Assembly (NCBI GenBank): GCA_963665095.1 | Contig: OY762069.1 | Coordinates: 5,376,001-5,440,000 of the forward strand | Source: an uncultured Desulfobacter sp. | GTDB lineage: Bacteria; Desulfobacterota; Desulfobacteria; Desulfobacterales; Desulfobacteraceae | Direction: 5' to 3' | DNA: 64,000 nt | Part shown: positions 59,034 through 64,000 of the stretch, one piece after another | How positions within the stretch are numbered: the first letter of the stretch is position 1 | How the letters are laid out: each line of letters opens with the position of its first letter | Made by a program: the position numbers and the translations under genes | The notes under the pieces: model-generated | What the model was told of the DNA's origin: nothing | Seen by the model: only the letters and a program-made list of their open reading frames with translations | Databases searched by the model: none

Positions 59034-59761
59034 TTAATAGCGTATCTGTCTGCCCAGAATCAGCATGGCTGCCGCACCCACCACCAGTACACCCGAAAGG
59101 GCGGCAATGCCTGAGGTGTAACTGCCGGTGGCCGAGACGATCGTGCCCACCAGCACAGGTCCGGCACCCCCGCCGATGAGCATGGCCATGCCGTTGTATA
59201 TTCCTGTGCCTGCCCCGATGATCTGTCGTGGAATGATCCGCTGGATTATGGCAAGCCCTTTGGCTTTGGTAAAATAGGTGGGCAGCCAGGTGATCATGCC
59301 AAAGGAGACCACATTGTTGCAGATTCCCCCTGTCATGGCCAGCCAGAAGAACGGTCTTTTGGCCAGTGCGCGTAAGCTTTGAAAAAATGGATTCCCTCGC
59401 TCAGCCCGAGAAGAAGACGCAGTGCAATAAAGAGGCTGAAGGTCCTGCCCAGAGGCGACTGAATATAGGTGAACAGGGAAAAAAGCAGTACAATCACCAT
59501 CAGGCTTTTCCTGGGTCCTGCTTTTTCCCCGACAGGGCTCAGGAAAATATTGGCAATTCCGTATCCCACAAAAAAGATGCTCATTAAAAGTCCGCCGTAT
59601 TTCCCGGTCTCCTCCACACCCCAGCCATAGTCCCTTGCAATCATGGGAAGGGCATAGGAGATATTCATCCGGTCCAGATAGGAGACCAGTACTGTGATAA
59701 GAAGCACAACGGGAATCTGCCACCGGATATTTTTCCCCTCGCCTTTGCCGGAAGGTGTCAT
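59034..59761 (-). pseudogene. MFS transporter (ACS-like) with two internal deletions and a frameshift
   Basis: Frame A: SYLDRMNIS...LRLLLGLSEGIHF; switches at about 59385 to frame B: PFFW...WLPTYF..KGL, then jumps to the last two TMs; about 240 codons in total. Confidence 0.8.
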
Positions 59762-59771
59762 TGTATTATCC

Positions 59772-61217
59772 TTATCCCTGTCCCAGGGTAAAAAGATTGT
59801 TCATGAATCCCTTCATCATTATCTCCCTGTGCTCCCTGGACAGGCTGTTCAGGATTTCGTTGATTTCAGCCATATCCGAAGGCATGCCCCCACCCGGGGA
59901 AATACCAGCCAGGGCCATCATGTCCGAAATATTGTCCGGATTGATATCCCCGGGTTTAAGGCCTGCCAGCAGGGCCTTTAAATCCGCCATGCTGTCTTGT
60001 TTTCTATCTTTGGCTGCGTCTACGCTCTGTTCCAGGGTGACCAGAAAATCATTCACCAGAGGCACTGTGGACATATTCACCGATACATGAAAATTTTTAG
60101 GAGAGACATCAAAGGCGAGCTGCGGCTGGATATACCATCCCCGTTGCTTCATCTCGTCAATGACATGAAAGACATTGATGTGATCCGAGGTTACGGCACA
60201 CATGAACATTTCAGGATCAGCCAGAAGTTTCAGGTCCTTGATTTTTCGGACACCGGCAGCCATATCAAGGGTGGCCTGCCGGGTTGCACGGGCCATTTCC
60301 AGATATCCTTTTCTGCCCAGAAAATGAACAACGGCCCAGGCCGCTGCCAGAGGCCCTCCGGTTTTGGAACTCTGGATGGCGTTATTCACGATGGAGTATC
60401 CGGTCCACCCGGCTGTGGCAAAGATCTGATGGTGCCGGAGCGCCTTGTCCCTGTAAAGAATGAGCGAGGCGTTTTTAGGGGTGTAGGCGTATTTGTGAAG
60501 ATCCATGGACAAAGAGGTGACCCCGGGCACATCAAACCCGAAATCTGTGACAGACTCCCCAAGTTCTTTAAGAAACGGAAGCATGAAGCCCCCCACACAC
60601 CCGTCGGTATGGAGCAGGATATTATGCTTCAGGGCCACTTCCCCCATTTGTGGAATGGGGTCAACCACGCCATGGGCATAGGACGGGGCCGATCCCACCA
60701 TGAGGATTGTGTCTGATGTAACGGCCTCTTCCATGGCCCTGACATCGGCCTTGAACGTAACAGGGTCCACAGGCGTGGGAACCACCTTAACGTTAAAATA
60801 CTCCCCTGCCTTATGGAATGCCGCATGGGCCGTCACGGGAAGGAGCATTTCAGGGTTTTTGATATGGGGTTTGGCCGCCCTGCAGTAATCCCTGGCAGTT
60901 TTTACAGCCAGAAGAATGCTTTCCGTGCCGCCGGAGGTAAAGTTGCCCACGGCATTCCCATCCCCGCCCACATGGGCGGCGGCCATGGACACAAGCTCTG
61001 TCTCCATGCGCATGAGGCTGGGAAAAATGGTGGGATCCAGGCCGCTTTCGGTCAAAAACATCATATATGCCTGTTTTCCGATTTCCTGGGCCGCTTTTCC
61101 CGGGTCATAGATATAGCCCAGGACCCGCCCGTCTTTCCAGCGGATATCATTGGATTTATACGCCTCAAGAGTGTTGAAAATCTCTTCTTTTGCCATGGGT
61201 GTTTCAGGAAAGTTCAT
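59772..61217 (-). CDS. PLP-dependent sphingosine-1-phosphate lyase-like / group II decarboxylase
   Basis: FPSLMRME, TSGGTESILLA, TAHAAFHKA, GSAPSYAHGVVDPI, HTDGCVGGF, MDLHKYAYTPK; GGAG RBS before ATG 61217. Confidence 0.88.
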   Translation of the reverse strand: MNFPETPMAKEEIFNTLEAYKSNDIRWKDGRVLGYIYDPGKAAQEIGKQAYMMFLTESGLDPTIFPSLMRMETELVSMAAAHVGGDGNAVGNFTSGGTESILLAVKTARDYCRAAKPHIKNPEMLLPVTAHAAFHKAGEYFNVKVVPTPVDPVTFKADVRAMEEAVTSDTILMVGSAPSYAHGVVDPIPQMGEVALKHNILLHTDGCVGGFMLPFLKELGESVTDFGFDVPGVTSLSMDLHKYAYTPKNASLILYRDKALRHHQIFATAGWTGYSIVNNAIQSSKTGGPLAAAWAVVHFLGRKGYLEMARATRQATLDMAAGVRKIKDLKLLADPEMFMCAVTSDHINVFHVIDEMKQRGWYIQPQLAFDVSPKNFHVSVNMSTVPLVNDFLVTLEQSVDAAKDRKQDSMADLKALLAGLKPGDINPDNISDMMALAGISPGGGMPSDMAEINEILNSLSREHREIMMKGFMNNLFTLGQG

Positions 61218-61236
61218 GTTTTTCTCCAAACGAAAG

Positions 61237-61956
61237 TTATAAGCTGTCGATATTCTTTTTAAGGATGGATATATCTCTTTCAAGCCCCTGGGCCAGCTGG
61301 CTGGCCTGGGATTTAAACTGCTGCAGCTCAGCCATGTCATTGAGAGCTGTTCTGTCCGGGTCATTTTTAAGCAGTTTTAGAACCAGGCCTTTAAAATGCT
61401 CGCCCATGGTAAGGAAATGACGGGTGCCGCCGCTGACGTTCCGGGTAAAGGCCAGTCCCTCCACCAAAGAGATGATAAAGTCTGCGCCCACCTCCGGTTC
61501 CACCTGGGTGAGAATGCCCTCCTCCCGGCAGATGGTCAGCTCCCTGACAATTTGTTCCCTGAATCTGTGATACATCTGCTGCATCCGTTCTCTGACCCGG
61601 TCGTTTTTAAAACTGAGATAATAGCAGGAGTAAAATACACTTGAATCCACAAGGCTGATCCAGTTGATGCCAAAAACAGTATCCACAAGGAGATCAAGCC
61701 GCTGCAGGGAGTTTGTCACGGCTGTAAATTTGCCTGCACCCAGGGTTTCATATTTTTCCAGGATAAAGTCCACCAGGGCAACGACCATGGCCTCTTTGTT
61801 GGGAAAGTAGTGGAGCAGAAGGCTTGGGTTGACGCCCATCCGCCTGGCAATTTTGGCAAAAGAGGCCCCTTCAACACCCTCCTCTTTAAGTACTTCCTGA
61901 AAATGTTCCAGGATTTCCGTGCGTCGGGATTCGTTTTTTTTATTGTCGGGTTCCAT
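61237..61956 (-). CDS. TetR-family transcriptional regulator
   Basis: RRTEIL...EGVEGASFAKIARRMGVNPSLLLHYFPNKE HTH. Confidence 0.9.
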   Translation of the reverse strand: MEPDNKKNESRRTEILEHFQEVLKEEGVEGASFAKIARRMGVNPSLLLHYFPNKEAMVVALVDFILEKYETLGAGKFTAVTNSLQRLDLLVDTVFGINWISLVDSSVFYSCYYLSFKNDRVRERMQQMYHRFREQIVRELTICREEGILTQVEPEVGADFIISLVEGLAFTRNVSGGTRHFLTMGEHFKGLVLKLLKNDPDRTALNDMAELQQFKSQASQLAQGLERDISILKKNIDSL

Positions 61957-62042
61957 TGTGTTCCGGTCCTGATAACGTTCTGAAATTTTTTAAGACGCTG
62001 TTCAAAAAGGGCAAATAAATAATACCCCTTCACAAACCTGCT

Positions 62043-62082
62043 ATTAAACGATCATTCAATTCATATTGACTGAATGGTTAAT
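62043..62082. promoter_or_regulatory. Paired 18-bp imperfect palindromes, candidate TetR operator
   Basis: ATTAAACGATCATTCAAT-tcat-ATTGACTGAATGGTTAAT; site 2 matches the reverse complement of site 1 at 14/18, and site 1 is self-palindromic at 14/18; about 90 bp upstream of tetR. Confidence 0.6.
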
Positions 62083-62203
62083 TCACTTTTCATAAGAATG
62101 TCCGGGTGTCAAGGAAAAACAATCAGGACGGAAAACAAAGCAAGAATCGGGTGGCGCGTTGCCGGTGGCATGGTATATTCGGGGGGTAAAAGGAGAAAAC
62201 CCC

Positions 62204-63085
62204 ATGGATAAAAAACAACTGGAACAGCTGTCAACGGATTACACCCGCATTGAGCAGGCCATTAATTTTATTGAAACACATAGGAGAGACCAGCCCGGTC
62301 TTGATGACATCGCCCGGGCAGTCCATTTAAGTCCGTTTCATTTCCAGCGGCTCTTCTCCCGGTGGGTGGGGATCAGCCCCAAACGGTTCCTTCAGTTTGT
62401 GACCCGGGATCATGCCAGGAAAATGCTGGCGGATTCGGGAAACATTCTGGATGCGGCACTGAGTTCCGGCCTGTCCGGCCCGGGCCGTCTGCATGATCTG
62501 TTTCTCTCCTGTGATGCTGTTACCCCGGGGACCTATAAGACAAAAGGCCTGGGGCTGGAGATCAGGTACGGGTTTTCACCCTCTCCCTTTGGCCGGTGTA
62601 TGATCGCCTGTACAGACCAGGGAATCTGCAATTTAAAATTTGTCCGGGGCCAGAGCGAAGAGGACCTTGGCGCATGGCTGGCCCACGCCTGGCCCAAAGC
62701 GTGCCTTTTCAGGCTGGACAAAGAGGCTGGGCACCTTGCCCAAAAAATTTTTTCTGCGGCCGTGCCGTCAAAGCCTGTGCCCCTCCACCTTTTTATTAAA
62801 GGCACCAACTTCCAGATCAAGGTGTGGGAAGCCTTGATCCGTATTCCCGCAGGGCATGCCGTCACCTACCAGGACATTGCCCGGCACATCGGGCAACCCG
62901 GGGCAGTCAGGGCCGTGGGCACCGCCATCGGCAAAAACCCTGTTCCCTTCATCATTCCCTGCCACCGGGTTCTTCGCAAAATGGGGGCGTTCGGCAACTA
63001 CGGAGAGGGGAAAACCCGTAAAAAAGCCATCCTGGGCTGGGAATCCGTCAGGGCTGAGCAGGTGCGGACATCAGTCCGTTCTTGA
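62204..63085 (+). CDS. Ada-like bifunctional AraC-HTH / methylated-DNA-protein-cysteine methyltransferase
   Basis: LSPFHFQRLFSRWVGISPK, GRLHDLF, GTNFQIKVW, IPCHRV; AAGGAG RBS. Confidence 0.9.
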   Translation: MDKKQLEQLSTDYTRIEQAINFIETHRRDQPGLDDIARAVHLSPFHFQRLFSRWVGISPKRFLQFVTRDHARKMLADSGNILDAALSSGLSGPGRLHDLFLSCDAVTPGTYKTKGLGLEIRYGFSPSPFGRCMIACTDQGICNLKFVRGQSEEDLGAWLAHAWPKACLFRLDKEAGHLAQKIFSAAVPSKPVPLHLFIKGTNFQIKVWEALIRIPAGHAVTYQDIARHIGQPGAVRAVGTAIGKNPVPFIIPCHRVLRKMGAFGNYGEGKTRKKAILGWESVRAEQVRTSVRS

Positions 63086-63159
63086 CAAAAGACCCTTTCC
63101 TGCCCTAAACCGGTTGTATGTATACAAAATCGCAGTCAAATGTGTGTCACCTAAGACGC

Positions 63160-64000
63160 GTGTCAAAAGATCTGAGCCGGTTTTACCAATGGGTGCTGCT
63201 TTTTGCCCTGGTTGTATGCGGCTGTTTTGGCTCAGATCCGTCTTCTGATTCAGCAGAGACCCGGACCGGGGTGACGAATGACCGGATCCGGATCGGGTCT
63301 TCCCTGGCCCTGGACGGCCATGCCGGGTACCTGGGTTCCCAGATGCGCCATGGTGCCATGGCCTGTATCCGTCAAGTCAATGATCAGGGCGGTATCCACG
63401 GGCGTAAGATTGAGCTGGTTGCCCTGGATGACGGGTATGATCCGGCCCACTGCCTTTATAATACCCAGCAGCTTATCGTTGATAAAAAGGTTTTCCTGCT
63501 CTTCTGCTATGTGGGAACGCCGACAACCGTCAAGGTGATTCCCCTGGTCAACGAGGCCAGGATTCCACTTCTAGGCATGCTTACCGGGGCGACCCGTCTG
63601 CGCCGGCCCTTTAACCCCTGGCTGATCAATGTTCGGGCCTCCTATTATCAGGAAACCCAGGCTGCTGTGGATCTGATTGTGGGCAAAAAAGGGGTGAAGC
63701 AGGTGGCGGTGTTTTATCAGTATGATGAGTATGGGTTTGACGGGCTTCGCGGCACTGAGATCGCCCTGAAGGAGTACGGCCTGGTGCCGGTGGGCAAGGG
63801 CACCTATATCCGTGGCACCCAGGATGTTGTGGCCGGACTTGATAAGATTATTGCTTCCAATGCCCAGGCCGTGGTCATGATCGGCACATATGACGCCTGT
63901 GCCAGATTTATCCGGCTGGCCAGGGAACGCAATTTTTCCCCCTTGTTTTACAATGTCTCTTTTGTAGGCTCCAGAGAGTTTGCCCGGCGCCTGGGCCCGG
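63160..64000 (+). CDS. Periplasmic binding protein type 1 (branched-chain amino acid ABC-type), probable lipoprotein; runs off the window end
   Basis: Manual translation: WVLLFALVVCGC lipobox-like, GVTNDRIRIG, VNDQGGIHGRKIELVALDDGYDP, YVGTPT, NVRASY; open to 64000; alternative start ATG 63118. Confidence 0.85.
   Translation, partial: MSKDLSRFYQWVLLFALVVCGCFGSDPSSDSAETRTGVTNDRIRIGSSLALDGHAGYLGSQMRHGAMACIRQVNDQGGIHGRKIELVALDDGYDPAHCLYNTQQLIVDKKVFLLFCYVGTPTTVKVIPLVNEARIPLLGMLTGATRLRRPFNPWLINVRASYYQETQAAVDLIVGKKGVKQVAVFYQYDEYGFDGLRGTEIALKEYGLVPVGKGTYIRGTQDVVAGLDKIIASNAQAVVMIGTYDACARFIRLARERNFSPLFYNVSFVGSREFARRLGP

Noticed and set aside
1..64000. CRISPR array, rRNA, intact transposase/integrase or prophage genes
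   Set aside because: No regularly spaced repeats and no such protein or RNA signatures were seen by eye.

Overview
Bacterial chromosomal window. The gene content (DUF3786, FdhD, ModE, alpha-2-macroglobulin/PbpC) suggests a Desulfobacterales-like deltaproteobacterium; this is inference only. Bases 1-36.1 kb form a large glycan-modification locus with three parts. (1) A NeuB-family synthase, a TPR glycosyltransferase and a methyltransferase. (2) A tRNA-Lys/tRNA-Glu pair followed by a decayed island scar, then wbpB-wbpD-wbpE and a double-GT2/TPR enzyme on the + strand. (3) A converging, visibly AT-rich minus-strand cluster of about 26 kb (36131->10048). Part 3 encodes a GDP-heptose-type pathway, sugar epimerases/reductases, C- and O-methyltransferases, two further glycosyltransferases and ten intact radical SAM genes. 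Eight of these are ~335-aa paralogues of one twitch/SPASM family in a near-tandem array. Manual translation of the gaps shows decayed remnants of two more paralogues, and no RiPP precursor or polysaccharide export gene is visible. This array is the best candidate for an undescribed system: a radical-SAM glycan-tailoring cassette that is gaining and losing members. The remaining 36.5-64 kb is higher-GC housekeeping and accessory DNA: psd/lgt-like operon, CoxD/E, acyl-CoA dehydrogenase, ModE, Nudix, HD-GYP, MetF, ABC binding proteins, LpxL, FdhD, PbpC/A2M, an S1P-lyase-like operon and an Ada-like gene. It includes two internally deleted pseudogenes (tesB-like and MFS). All protein calls come from motif recognition by eye; no searches were run.
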